Made by a program: the position numbers and the translations under genes. Below are positions 25,633-35,283 of a stretch of DNA of 44,311 bases, piece by piece. The notes beneath the pieces were generated by a model, which worked only from the letters and a program-made list of their open reading frames with translations, made no database searches and was not told where the DNA came from. Origin of the DNA: Deltaproteobacteria bacterium (GTDB lineage Bacteria > Myxococcota > Myxococcia > Myxococcales > UBA5297); contig JACRCT010001062.1 of the NCBI GenBank assembly GCA_016218885.1, positions 1 through 44,311 of the forward strand. The letters are read 5' to 3'. Each line of letters opens with the position of its first letter. Positions within the stretch are counted from its first letter, which is position 1.

Positions 25633-25893
25633 GGGTTCCTCGAGGAAAAGGACCTGGTTCTGTGCCTCGCGTGCGGGCGATCCCCCCCGTTCGCAGGCGC
25701 ACCGCGTCCAGGGGGCTCTGAGGCGCGGACGCACACCCTTAGCACCCCCGCCTCGGGGGGGTCAATCGAGGTGGGCAGGGGTGGGTGTAGTGGGAAGCCC
25801 AGTGCTTGGTTTCAATGGTCCCTGACCAACAGAAGTGGGCGCACGAAGGTCTGTCCCACCCGGCGCGTCGTCAGGTGGCGCGCGAGGTACGAC

Positions 25894-26664
25894 TCACGTC
25901 TCTTGGCTCAAAACTCGCCGGTAGCCTCCGACCAGCACCGACAGCAGCGCCGCGTCCAGCAGTCCCAGAGCCAGCTCCAGGCAGAACCACACGAGCAGGC
26001 GGCCAGTCGGTTCGGCGAGGGAGCGGCAGGCGAGGTTCGCTGCCTCCTGCAGGCCGGCTCCCAGGCCGCTCGTCGCGCAGAAGGCGAGCCCCAGAACGAG
26101 CACAAGACGTCTGCGCTTGCCGAAGACCAGCGCCCGGGAGCGCCGCATGACCTGGTTGGCGTTGAGATCCGTCGCGGCAAGCAGGGGGATGGCGAGGCTG
26201 AGGTTGAGCGCTGCCACGAGCCCCGGCAGGACGAGCAGCAGCAAGCCGATGCTCACGATGAGGGAGGTGAGCAGCGTCACGGGCAGAGCTTCGGGCCAAC
26301 GCTTGATCGCGTACCAAAGCGCCCCCGGGGCACGGGGCCTCTCGCCGCGGGAAATGAGCACGAAGAGTCGGGCCATCGTCACCGAAGCGACCACGCCCAG
26401 CAGCAGCTGCAACGTCCCGCGCAGCTGCGACGCCTCGAGCCAGCTCAGCCTCCAGCGGTGAAGGGCTTCGTCGAGCGCCGCGTAGGGCAGGGCGAAGCCG
26501 GCGGCCACCGCCGCCACCGGCGAGAAGGCCTCGCGATACAGCGCGGCCGAGCCGGCGAACGTCGCTCGCACTCCCAGGTTCTCAGCGGCCACGCGCGCCC
26601 TCGCGGCCGTGAATGGCGCTCCCGCCCTCCGGCCTGCTTCGTCTAGACTGCTGGCCCCTTCCAT
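25894..26664 (-). CDS. Polytopic membrane protein of unknown function.
   Basis: It has about 5 hydrophobic helices and high GC3. I recognised no catalytic motif. The start codon is uncertain. Confidence 0.55.
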   Translation of the reverse strand: MEGASSLDEAGRRAGAPFTAARARVAAENLGVRATFAGSAALYREAFSPVAAVAAGFALPYAALDEALHRWRLSWLEASQLRGTLQLLLGVVASVTMARLFVLISRGERPRAPGALWYAIKRWPEALPVTLLTSLIVSIGLLLLVLPGLVAALNLSLAIPLLAATDLNANQVMRRSRALVFGKRRRLVLVLGLAFCATSGLGAGLQEAANLACRSLAEPTGRLLVWFCLELALGLLDAALLSVLVGGYRRVLSQET

Positions 26665-26754
26665 CGAGGGAGCCGTCGTGCATCTCGAGTCCGCCCGCGA
26701 CCTCTACAGCCTCTGCACGCTCGAGAACAAGACCGATCGCTCCCTGGAGGCCCC

Positions 26755-27081
26755 ATGACCAGGTCGTGCAAGGAGTTCTTCGACAAGATGCCGGAGTCGT
26801 TCCAGAAGGACGTCGCCGCCAAGATCAGCTGCCTCTACCAGTTCGACCTCGGGGGCGAGGGCGGGGGCAAGTGGTTCGTGGAGGTCCGCAACGGCGAGCT
26901 GGCGATGGGCGAGGGAGAGAAGCCCAACCCTGATGTCACCCTCGTGGCCAAGGCGCAGGACTACATCGACATCGCCGAGGGTCGGAAGAGCCCGATGCTG
27001 GCCATGGCCACCGGCGCTTTCAAGATCAAGGGCAACATGGGTCTGGCCATGAAGCTCGAGAAGATCTTCAAGCGCAAGTAG
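26755..27081 (+). CDS. SCP-2 sterol-carrier-like domain protein.
   Basis: It reads YQFDLGGEGGGKWFVEVRNGE..PDVTLVAKAQDYIDIAEGRKSPMLAMATGAFKIKGNMGLAMKL, a typical SCP2 pattern. Confidence 0.85.
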   Translation: MTRSCKEFFDKMPESFQKDVAAKISCLYQFDLGGEGGGKWFVEVRNGELAMGEGEKPNPDVTLVAKAQDYIDIAEGRKSPMLAMATGAFKIKGNMGLAMKLEKIFKRK

Positions 27082-27095
27082 GGGACTCCGCCTTC

Positions 27096-27692
27096 ATGGT
27101 ACGCGCGCTCCTTGTCCTTTCAGGCCTGCTGCTCCTTGGCGCTTCGCCGTCCCGGGCGCAGGTGATTTACCGCTGGGTCGACGACTCGGGCGAGGTGCAC
27201 TACACCGACGACAAGAGCAGCGTTCCCAAGGACAGACAGAGATCTGCCGTCGTGACGCGGGGGGATGAGCTGGGGATCGCCGCGGCCACGCCCGAGCCGG
27301 CCTCCGAGACCACGCCTCTTCAGAAGGAGGAGGCGGCGGACCGTGCCGCTCAGCAGGCAGCCCTCAAGATCGCCCAGGAGCAGGCCGAGGAGGAAGCCGA
27401 GGTGCAGGCAGAGAAGGAGTGGCGCCAGCGCTTCCGTGACGTCCACGGCCAGATCGAGCGCCTGGAGAGGCAGGTGGAGGCCGATCGCAAGGCGGTCGAG
27501 GACCCCAACGCCGCCGGCATTCCCCTCGGGCGGCTCGACGCGCATGGCGCCTTCATATCCAACCCGCACCTGGAGGAGATCAAGCGGCGCCTCGCTGATT
27601 CGGAGCAGGAGTTGGCGAAGGCCCGCGAGGACCTGGCCGATCTCGAGCGAGAGGCGGCACGCAAGGCCATTCCCCTGCATTGGCGGCGCTGA
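27096..27692 (+). CDS. Secreted DUF4124-like protein with a coiled-coil tail.
   Basis: It has a signal peptide. IYRWVDDSGEVHYTDD matches the DUF4124 signature. An E/A/Q-rich coiled coil follows. Confidence 0.75.
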   Translation: MVRALLVLSGLLLLGASPSRAQVIYRWVDDSGEVHYTDDKSSVPKDRQRSAVVTRGDELGIAAATPEPASETTPLQKEEAADRAAQQAALKIAQEQAEEEAEVQAEKEWRQRFRDVHGQIERLERQVEADRKAVEDPNAAGIPLGRLDAHGAFISNPHLEEIKRRLADSEQELAKAREDLADLEREAARKAIPLHWRR

Positions 27693-27771
27693 ATCCTCGA
27701 TAAGTCGATCGCCCGCGGATGGGGTTTGAGGTAGTGTCCGCCGACCGTTGGCCCCAGAGACCACGCCCGCC

Positions 27772-28491
<720 letters not shown>

Positions 28492-28494
28492 GGC

Positions 28495-29424
28495 ATGGCC
28501 CTCGCCAGCGTCAGCGTCGACCTCGACTCCCTCGGGCACTACTGCCGCATCCACGGGCTGCCCGAGTCGGTGCTCTCCGCCGGCGCCGCTCAGTCGATCT
28601 ACCGCGAGGCTCTGCCCCGCTTCGCCGAGCTGTTCGCCGAGACGGGCATGCGTGCCACCTTCTTCGTCGTGGGGCGTGACCTCGACGACCCGGCGAGCGC
28701 GCAGGCGGTGAGGTCCGTCTCCGCCGCCGGCCACGAGATCGGCAACCACACCTTCGTCCACGACTACGCGCTCACCCGCAAGTCCCCGGGGGAGATCGGC
28801 GACGACGTGGCGCGCGGCGGCGCGGCCATCCTGCGCTTGACCGGCACCCGCCCCGCCGGCTTCCGTGCCCCCGGCTACACCCTCACCTCCTCGCTGGTGC
28901 GCGCCCTGTGTGCCCAGGGCTATCGCTACGACTCCTCGGTCTTCCCCTCAGCGCCCTATTGGGCCGCCAAGGCGGCGGTGATGGCGGGGCTGGCGGTCAT
29001 GGGGCGAGAGTCGAAGGCCATCCTCGACCGGCCGCGCGTGTTACGGGCGCCACGCTTGCCCTACCGACCCGACCTCGAGGAGCCGTATCGGCGCGGCCGG
29101 GCGGGGCTCGTCGAGCTGCCCATCACCGTGCACCCGCTCACCCGCGTGCCCATCATCGGCACCACGCTGACGATGCTCCCGCCGCGGGCCTTGGGTGCGC
29201 TGTGGCGCGGGCTCACCTCGCTGCCCTTCGTCAACCTCGAGCTGCACGGCATCGATCTGCTGGACGCCACCGACGTCGGCTGCCCCGAGCTGGCGGCAAG
29301 CGTGAGGGACCTGGCCATTCCCTTCTCGACCAAGCGCGCGCGCTTGAAGCAGGCCTTGCGGAGGCTCACCGACCGATTCGAGGTGGTGGCCCTGGCCGCG
29401 GTCGCGGAGCGCGTGGCGGTGTAG
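28495..29424 (+). CDS. Polysaccharide deacetylase (NodB-homology/ArnD-like) family protein.
   Basis: It reads MRATFFVVGRDL..AGHEIGNHTFVHDY..GFRAPGY. It starts 3 nt after the GT2 stop. Confidence 0.8.
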   Translation: MALASVSVDLDSLGHYCRIHGLPESVLSAGAAQSIYREALPRFAELFAETGMRATFFVVGRDLDDPASAQAVRSVSAAGHEIGNHTFVHDYALTRKSPGEIGDDVARGGAAILRLTGTRPAGFRAPGYTLTSSLVRALCAQGYRYDSSVFPSAPYWAAKAAVMAGLAVMGRESKAILDRPRVLRAPRLPYRPDLEEPYRRGRAGLVELPITVHPLTRVPIIGTTLTMLPPRALGALWRGLTSLPFVNLELHGIDLLDATDVGCPELAASVRDLAIPFSTKRARLKQALRRLTDRFEVVALAAVAERVAV

Positions 29425-29884
29425 GTATCGGGAGGGCAGGGCGGATCTGGGAAGGGCCTCGTGTCAGTGGAGGACCGAGGTGACCCCGGCCTTCCGCCCC
29501 TTTGACTGAGGGGTTTCACGGACCTGCTTCGACCCGAACCCCCCTCCCGGTCGCCCACCCCCTTCCGCTGGGCGACCTTCCGACGTGAAGGACGAAGCGG
29601 GCGAGAGACTAGGCCTCGAGCGATATTGGGTCCATTAGGGGAAACCCCCGGTCGCGAAGACCTCCGTCTCTGCCCTTGATGGCTCCACCGCGCGTCTGCC
29701 ACACGAGGCGGGCGTTCGGCTCGGCTGGCTCTGCTCCGAGGCCCAGGACCTGCGACCGGGGACGTGCTGCTCAAGCCGCCGCGAGACGCTCTTTGACCCC
29801 TCGGCGCGGCGTGCATGCGTGCCGTGCGATGGATACCGAGAGTTGAAAAACACATTGAGAGACAGCCCACATCACGAGGGCGCG

Positions 29885-31531
29885 ATGGGCAGTGTCGCTC
29901 CACGAATCGTCGAGAGCCGGATGCGCCGCCAAGTAGCGCTGTTGGCGCTGGCGCGCCAGGACAAGACGGACCTCGTCAAGACCTTGCGAACGATCACCGA
30001 GACGGACGCACGTACCATCGACATCGAGCGCGTGAGTGTCTGGCGCTTCGTCGCGGACCGCACGGCGATCGTGTGCGAGGACCTGTTCAGGCTCGGCAGC
30101 GGACGGCACGAGCAGGGGCCGATCTTTCTGGCCCGCGACTGCCCCTCCTACTTCCGAGCGCTCGAAGAGAGCTACACCATCGCCGCCGACGACGCCCGGT
30201 CCGATCCCCGCACGCGGGAGTTTTCGCGCAGCTACCTCGAGCCGAACGGCATCACCTCGATGATGGACGCCCCCGTGTGGAGGGAGGGACGGCTCGTGGG
30301 CATCGTGTGCCACGAGCACACGGGCTCGCCGCGCGTCTGGGCCGCGGAGGAGCAGGAGTTCGCCGGAGCGGTGGCGAACATGGTTAGTCTCACGCTGGAG
30401 ACCGCCGAGCGGCTGGAGGCCGAGCAGGGCAGGCGCCTTCTCGAGCAGGTGAATCCGTTGCTGAGGGCGGTCCTCGACCAGATGCCGGCGGGATTCATAC
30501 TTGCCCAGGCGCCCTCCGGGCGAATCCTGCTCGTCAACCGTGCCGCGTACCAGATTTCGGGCAGGCGCCTCGGCGAGACCGGGGAGCGGTTCGCGCCCGA
30601 CGATCCCCAGAGCCTCGTCGGGGCGCTCCTCTCGCGGGCGGAGATGCCGCTCTCGCGGGCGATCGCGAACGGCGAGGCGGTCATCGGCGAGGAGATGCGG
30701 CTCCGACGTGGCGACGACTCCTGGGGCCTGATCAGCGTCAACGCCGCGCCCGTGCGCAACGAGCGGGGCGACATCGTCGCCGGCGTCGCCGTGTTCGAGG
30801 ACCTCACCGAGCGCCGCCTCCTCGAGGCGGATCGCGCCACCGGGGCGCACCGAGACCGCTTCATGGGCATCCTGGGCCATGACCTCCGGGGCCCCCTCGC
30901 GGCGGCCTCGACGGCCGCGCAGGTGCTGATGCGAACCGAGGGGGCGTGCCCCGGGCACGCCCTTGCCGCGGCCCGCATCATCACGAGCTGTGGGCGCATG
31001 GAGCGGATGATCCACGACCTGCTGGACTTCGCCCGCACGAGCCAAGGCGGCGGGATCCCGATTGCACTGCGGCCGACGGAGTTGCGGGCGCTCTGCCGCT
31101 CGATCGCCGAGGAGGCCCAGGCAACCAGCCCTGGCCGAACGCTGGTGCTCGACGCAGCCCAGGAGTGCTGGGGCGAGTGGGATCCCGAGCGCCTGGCGCA
31201 GGTCCTCTCCAACCTACTCGCCAACGCCGTCCAGCACGGAGCGGAGTCGCAACCCATCACGCTGCGGCTGGATGGAGGGACGGACGCGGCTGTCCTCGAG
31301 CTGCACAACGAGGGGTCTCCCATCCCCGAAGCGAGCCTCGCTCACCTCTTCGAGCCCTTCTGGAGCCTGCACGATCTCCGCGACCGCGCGCGGCCCTCCG
31401 GTAACCTGGGCCTCGGGTTGTTCATCTCCCGGGAGATCGTGCGCGCTCACGGCGGAAGCATCGAGGCGCGCTCCTCAGCCCAGGAGGGGACCACCTTCAC
31501 GGTGCGCCTGCCACGCCACCGGGAAACCTAA
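29885..31531 (+). CDS. Cytoplasmic GAF-PAS sensor histidine kinase with no adjacent response regulator.
   Basis: The GAF part is VWRFVADRTAIVCEDLF..MDAPVWREGRLVGIVCHEH. The H-box is FMGILGHDLRGPL, the N-box is LSNLLANAVQH and the G-box is GLGLFISREIVRAHGGSI. The alternative GTG at 29819 is possible. Confidence 0.85.
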   Translation: MGSVAPRIVESRMRRQVALLALARQDKTDLVKTLRTITETDARTIDIERVSVWRFVADRTAIVCEDLFRLGSGRHEQGPIFLARDCPSYFRALEESYTIAADDARSDPRTREFSRSYLEPNGITSMMDAPVWREGRLVGIVCHEHTGSPRVWAAEEQEFAGAVANMVSLTLETAERLEAEQGRRLLEQVNPLLRAVLDQMPAGFILAQAPSGRILLVNRAAYQISGRRLGETGERFAPDDPQSLVGALLSRAEMPLSRAIANGEAVIGEEMRLRRGDDSWGLISVNAAPVRNERGDIVAGVAVFEDLTERRLLEADRATGAHRDRFMGILGHDLRGPLAAASTAAQVLMRTEGACPGHALAAARIITSCGRMERMIHDLLDFARTSQGGGIPIALRPTELRALCRSIAEEAQATSPGRTLVLDAAQECWGEWDPERLAQVLSNLLANAVQHGAESQPITLRLDGGTDAAVLELHNEGSPIPEASLAHLFEPFWSLHDLRDRARPSGNLGLGLFISREIVRAHGGSIEARSSAQEGTTFTVRLPRHRET

Positions 31532-31623
31532 GCCCCCGGCAGGCCGTCCGAACGCTCGCCGCCACGAGCTGACCGGGCCGCCTGGTCGCGCCCGGCTACG
31601 GCTTCCTCGGGCACGCCGATGGG

Positions 31624-32217
31624 CTACATCTCGCGGCGGCCGGTTAGCGCCCGCGCCAGCGTGACCTGGTCCGCGTACTCCAGATCGCCACCCATGGGCA
31701 CGCCCTGGGCGATGCGGGTGACGCGCACCCCGAGGGGCTTGATGAGCTTGGTCAGGTAGAGCGCGGTGACCTCGCCCTCGACGTCGGGGTTGGTGGCGAC
31801 GATGACCTCCTCGACGAGCGAGGACCCGAGCCGGGCCAGCAGCTCCTTGACCCGCAGCTGGTCGGGGCCCACGCCCTCCAGCGGGGAGAGCACGCCGTGC
31901 AGGACGTGGTAGCGCCCCTTGAACTCGCGGGTGCGCTCGATGGCGAGCTGGTCGGCGACCCCCTCCACCACGCAGAGCACCTTCCCGTCGCGCCGCGAAT
32001 CGGAGCAGAGCGGACAGGGGTCGTGCTCGGTCAGCGCGCAGCAGACCGAGCAGAGCTTCACCTTGTCCACCACCTCGGCGATCGCCCGAGACAGATCGCG
32101 GGCGTATTCGCGGGGGGCCTTGAGGATGTGGAAGGCGAGGCGCTGCGCGGTCTTCTCGCCGATGCCCGGCAGCTTGGCGAGCTCCACGACCAGACGCTGG
32201 ATGGGGTCGGGCGTCAT
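31624..32217 (-). CDS. recR: Recombination protein RecR.
   Basis: It reads LPGIGEKTAQRLAFHIL, has a C4 zinc finger (CSVCCALTEHDPCPLC) and a Toprim segment (VLCVVEGVADQLAIE..ATNPDVEGE). Confidence 0.95.
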   Translation of the reverse strand: MTPDPIQRLVVELAKLPGIGEKTAQRLAFHILKAPREYARDLSRAIAEVVDKVKLCSVCCALTEHDPCPLCSDSRRDGKVLCVVEGVADQLAIERTREFKGRYHVLHGVLSPLEGVGPDQLRVKELLARLGSSLVEEVIVATNPDVEGEVTALYLTKLIKPLGVRVTRIAQGVPMGGDLEYADQVTLARALTGRREM

Positions 32218-32223
32218 CGGGGG

Positions 32224-32538
32224 CTAGGTGAGGCCGGGGATCTTCACGCCCCCGGAGACCTTCTCCAGCTCCTGCTTCATGCGCGTGCGGCTGTTCTCCA
32301 TGGCCTGGTTCACCGCCGCCACCACCAGGTCTTCGAGCATCGCCCGATCACCGCCCTCGAGCGCCTTGGGGTCGATGCGGATGGACTTGAGCTCCTGCAC
32401 TCCGTTGACGACGGCGGTCACCAGCCCACCGGCGTTGCCCTCGAGCGTCTCCTCGGCGAGCGCCTTCTTGCGCTGCTCGATCTTCTCGGTGAGCTTGTTG
32501 GCCTGGCGGATGAAGTAGTTGATGTCGATCCCTGGCAT
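32224..32538 (-). CDS. ybaB: YbaB/EbfC nucleoid-associated protein.
   Basis: The 104-aa product from the ATG at 32538 reads IRQANKLTEKIEQRKKALAEETLEGNAGGLVTAVVNGVQELKSIRIDP..DLVVAAVNQA. It sits in the conserved dnaX-ybaB-recR order. Confidence 0.9.
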   Translation of the reverse strand: MPGIDINYFIRQANKLTEKIEQRKKALAEETLEGNAGGLVTAVVNGVQELKSIRIDPKALEGGDRAMLEDLVVAAVNQAMENSRTRMKQELEKVSGGVKIPGLT

Positions 32539-32551
32539 GCGGCGTCTCCGT

Positions 32552-33355
32552 TCAAGCGTCGTCCGGCCCCCCGTCGTCGCCCTCCTCGGGCGCGGGGGCA
32601 AATTCGTCAACCTGCTCCTCTTCCAGCACCTTGATGCTCTCCACCACTGCGCCCAGCAAGCGCATCGCGGCCAGGACGTTCGGGTGCTCGCGGCTGTCGC
32701 GCACCGCCCGCTCCTCGCGCACCCGGGTGCGCTCGGTCTCCTCCTCGGCAAGCGAAGGGGCCGCCTCGACGTCGTTGGCCTGCACTGCCTCGAGCACCAG
32801 GCCGGCGGGCGCGCCGAGCACCTTGCTCAGCGCCGCCTCGGCGTCCTTCTGCGCGCGCTCGACCTGGCGGCGGAACATGCCGTCCTGAGGGCTGAAGCCC
32901 AGGCGGACCCTCCCCTGCGACAGCGAGAGCACTCGCCCGTGCGCCAGCGCCGAGGCGAGCATGTCCTTCTTCTGTCCCTTGAGCTCGGCCACCAGGGCAC
33001 GCCATGTGGCTTGGAGGTCGACGGGGGCCTCGGCAACAGACGCTGGAGCAGGCGCAGGAACGGGCAGGGCCGCTGCGGGCGCCCGAGGCGCGATCTCCGG
33101 CGCTGGCGCCTCGCGGGCGGTCAGTGCGGCAGAAGGCTCGGGGGCGGCGACGGAAGCCGGCGCAGGCGCGACGGGGGCCGGGGCGGGCGCGACGGGGGCC
33201 GGGGCGGGCGCGACGGGGGCCGGGGCGGGCGCGACGGGGGCCGAGGGTAGGGAGGAGGGCGCAGGGCTCTCCGCGAAGCGTGGCTCGGAAGGCGATGCGG
33301 GCGGAACGCCCGCGGTCCCAGCAGGATCAGCAGGTCCCGTTGGTCGAGTAGGTTC
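32552..33355 (-). CDS. dnaX: Tau-specific C-terminal part of dnaX (Pro/Ala linker plus the C-terminal domain), in the +1 frame relative to the N-terminal part.
   Basis: The +1 frame reads ..EPTRPTGPADPAG..APVAPAPAPVAPAPAPV..DLQATWRALVAELKGQKKDMLASALAHGRVLSLSQGRVRLGFSP..HPNVLAAMRLLGAVVESIKVL. This is typical of tau C-termini. It has no start codon or RBS of its own. Confidence 0.75.
   Translation of the reverse strand, partial: EPTRPTGPADPAGTAGVPPASPSEPRFAESPAPSSLPSAPVAPAPAPVAPAPAPVAPAPAPVAPAPASVAAPEPSAALTAREAPAPEIAPRAPAAALPVPAPAPASVAEAPVDLQATWRALVAELKGQKKDMLASALAHGRVLSLSQGRVRLGFSPQDGMFRRQVERAQKDAEAALSKVLGAPAGLVLEAVQANDVEAAPSLAEEETERTRVREERAVRDSREHPNVLAAMRLLGAVVESIKVLEEEQVDEFAPAPEEGDDGGPDDA
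33165..33243 (-). repeat. Perfect 21-bp tandem repeat, about 3.8 copies, in the tau linker (encodes PAPAPVA units).
   Basis: The unit ggcgcgacgggggccggggcg occurs at 33165-33185, 33186-33206 and 33207-33227, all identical. A partial fourth copy follows. Confidence 0.95.
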
Positions 33356-34559
33356 AGGAGCGAAAGGATGAGGGGCGCGGCCGCCCTCCCTCGGCGGCCG
33401 CGGTCGTGCTGGTGCCGCCACCGAGCCGGGCTGCCAGCGCCTCGAGGCGCGCGGCGAGCTCGGACACCGAGGTGCCGGGCGCGAGGTGGATGCACTTGAG
33501 CAGGGCGACTTCCATGGCCAGGCGAGGTTGCGCAGCGCGGGAGACGTCCCAGATGGAGCTCTGGACCAGGTCGAAGAGTCGGGCGAGCTGTGCCGGGTCG
33601 GCTTCCTGGGCGAGGGCGAGGACCGCCTTCTTCTCGGAGTCGGCCAGGTCCTCGGGCGCTTCACCGGTCGAGCGGGCCACGAGCAGGTGGCGCAGGTGCA
33701 GGGCCAACTCCTCGGCGAGCCGCTTGAAGTCGGCTCCACGCACGTGCAGGTCCTCGACCCGCTTGAGCAGCGGCAGCGCCTGGCGGCGCACCAGCGCCTC
33801 GCACATCTCCTGGACCGCGGTGCGGTCGATGGCGCCCAGGGCCTCGGCCACGGCCTCGTCGGAGGGCGTGTTGCCGCAGGCGGAGAGCACCATGTCGAGC
33901 ATGGAGAGCGCGTCGCGCATGCCGCCCTCGGCCTGGCGGGCGATGAGCAGGAGCGCGCGCTCGCTGATCTTCGCCCCCTCGGCCTCGGTGATCTGCTTGA
34001 GGCGCTCGACCATGCGCGAGGCGGAGATGCGCCGGAAGTTGTGGCGCTGGCAGCGCGACAGGATGGTGTCGGGCAGCTTGTGCGGCTCGGTGGTCGCGAA
34101 GATGAACTTCACGTGCGGCGGAGGCTCCTCCAGCGTCTTGAGCAGGGCGTTGAAGGCCGCCGTGGAGAGCATGTGGACTTCGTCGATGATGTAGATCTTG
34201 TGGCGGTCGCGCTGGGGCAGGTAGGTGACGCGCTCGCGGATCTGGCGCACGTCCTCGACGCTGTTGTTGGAGGCGCCGTCGATCTCCGCGACGTCGACGC
34301 TGCTGCCGGCGACGATCTCCTGGCAGGGGGTGCAGGTGCCGCAGGGCTCGGCGGTGGGGCCCTTGACGCAGTTGAGGGCACGGGCGAGCAGGCGGGCGGC
34401 AGTGGTCTTGCCCACGCCGCGCGGGCCGCAGAACAGGAAGGCGTGCGCGACCCGGCCTTGAGCGATGGCGTTGCCCAGGGTCTTGACCACGTGCTCCTGG
34501 CCAGTCATGTCCGCGAACGCCTGCGGACGCCATTTGCGGGCGAGGACGAGGTAGCTCAT
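33354..34559 (-). CDS. dnaX: DNA polymerase III clamp-loader subunit DnaX, domains I-III. The in-frame product is 401 aa and gamma-like.
   Basis: The start is the ATG at 34559 (MSYLVLARKWRPQAFADMTGQEHV). It carries the P-loop GPRGVGKTT, a Zn module (CGTCTPCQEI), IIDEVHMLS and SRC (LSRCQRHNF). The frame ends ..GGGTSTTAAAEGGRPRPSSFRS* at 33354. Confidence 0.9.
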   Translation of the reverse strand: MSYLVLARKWRPQAFADMTGQEHVVKTLGNAIAQGRVAHAFLFCGPRGVGKTTAARLLARALNCVKGPTAEPCGTCTPCQEIVAGSSVDVAEIDGASNNSVEDVRQIRERVTYLPQRDRHKIYIIDEVHMLSTAAFNALLKTLEEPPPHVKFIFATTEPHKLPDTILSRCQRHNFRRISASRMVERLKQITEAEGAKISERALLLIARQAEGGMRDALSMLDMVLSACGNTPSDEAVAEALGAIDRTAVQEMCEALVRRQALPLLKRVEDLHVRGADFKRLAEELALHLRHLLVARSTGEAPEDLADSEKKAVLALAQEADPAQLARLFDLVQSSIWDVSRAAQPRLAMEVALLKCIHLAPGTSVSELAARLEALAARLGGGTSTTAAAEGGRPRPSSFRS

Positions 34560-34650
34560 TGGGGCCGGCACCATAGCACAGGAGGCTGTGGGTAGAAGGG
34601 CCGAGGCTGCAGGAGCAGACGGCGGGCAGTCCTGCAGGCCAAGCCGTTGA

Positions 34651-35283
34651 TCAAGCGAGCATCCTGCCGGCTTCGCTCTTGAAGAAGAGCTTGATCTCAC
34701 GCCATTTCTTGGCGTCGAGACCCGCGGGACCTTTCTTCCGCTCAGCGTCGCCGAAGTAGGTCAGCGAGCGCACGACATGGTAGAGGTCCGATTGCGCGGT
34801 GCCGAAGCGCTGCACGTAGGCGCGAGTCGCTTCTGACAGGCTCACGCCATGATGCACGATCTCATAAAGGTCCCAGAAGTCGCGCTTGATACCTCGTGAA
34901 GAGATCGCTGCGAGCTTCATCACCGCAAGGTCCAGAAGGCCTGCGAGCGGAAAACCGGACGGACCGGTCCCAAGGGGCTCGAGGGGTGGGTAGCGATAGC
35001 GGACGATGTCGACCGCGGCGGTACCAACCTTCACCTTGAGAACCGCATCCGTCTTCGAGATGACCTTGAGATCTGGCACGGCGCCAACGAGAGAGTCCTC
35101 GATCTGCGTGAGATCGGGGGTCAGGTCTGCGCTGAACAGGTCCAGGTCGATCGAGCGACGATGCCCGAGGTGGGCTGCGATGGCTGAACCACCAGCGAGA
35201 TAGAAGCCCCTCAAGGCCTTGCTGCGCTTTAGTCGACCCAGAGCCGCTTGTTGGTCCTTCGCCAGCTTGGCGGGCTTGCCCAT
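34651..35283 (-). CDS. Nucleotidyltransferase of the AbiEii/AbiGii (DUF1814) type IV toxin family.
   Basis: It reads FYLAGGSAIAAHLGHRRSIDLDLF (the NTase G-G-S..D-x-D motif) and KLAAISSRGIKRDFWDLYEI. The start is uncertain, because the ATG at 35283 overlaps the upstream ORF by 55 nt. Confidence 0.75.
   Translation of the reverse strand: MGKPAKLAKDQQAALGRLKRSKALRGFYLAGGSAIAAHLGHRRSIDLDLFSADLTPDLTQIEDSLVGAVPDLKVISKTDAVLKVKVGTAAVDIVRYRYPPLEPLGTGPSGFPLAGLLDLAVMKLAAISSRGIKRDFWDLYEIVHHGVSLSEATRAYVQRFGTAQSDLYHVVRSLTYFGDAERKKGPAGLDAKKWREIKLFFKSEAGRMLA

Noticed and set aside
26678-26758. A 26-codon upstream ORF (GTG at 26678 with a GAGGGAG SD 5 nt upstream) whose stop overlaps the SCP2 start (ATGA).
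   Set aside because: It is too short and has no recognisable features. One SD-like purine run in a GC-rich spacer is weak evidence. It would need conservation or Ribo-seq support.
34560-34650. I looked for an SRP RNA (ffs), which lies upstream of dnaX in many bacteria.
   Set aside because: The 91-nt spacer has no GGAAG..AGCAGC domain-IV-like motif, and I did not see the motif elsewhere in the window.
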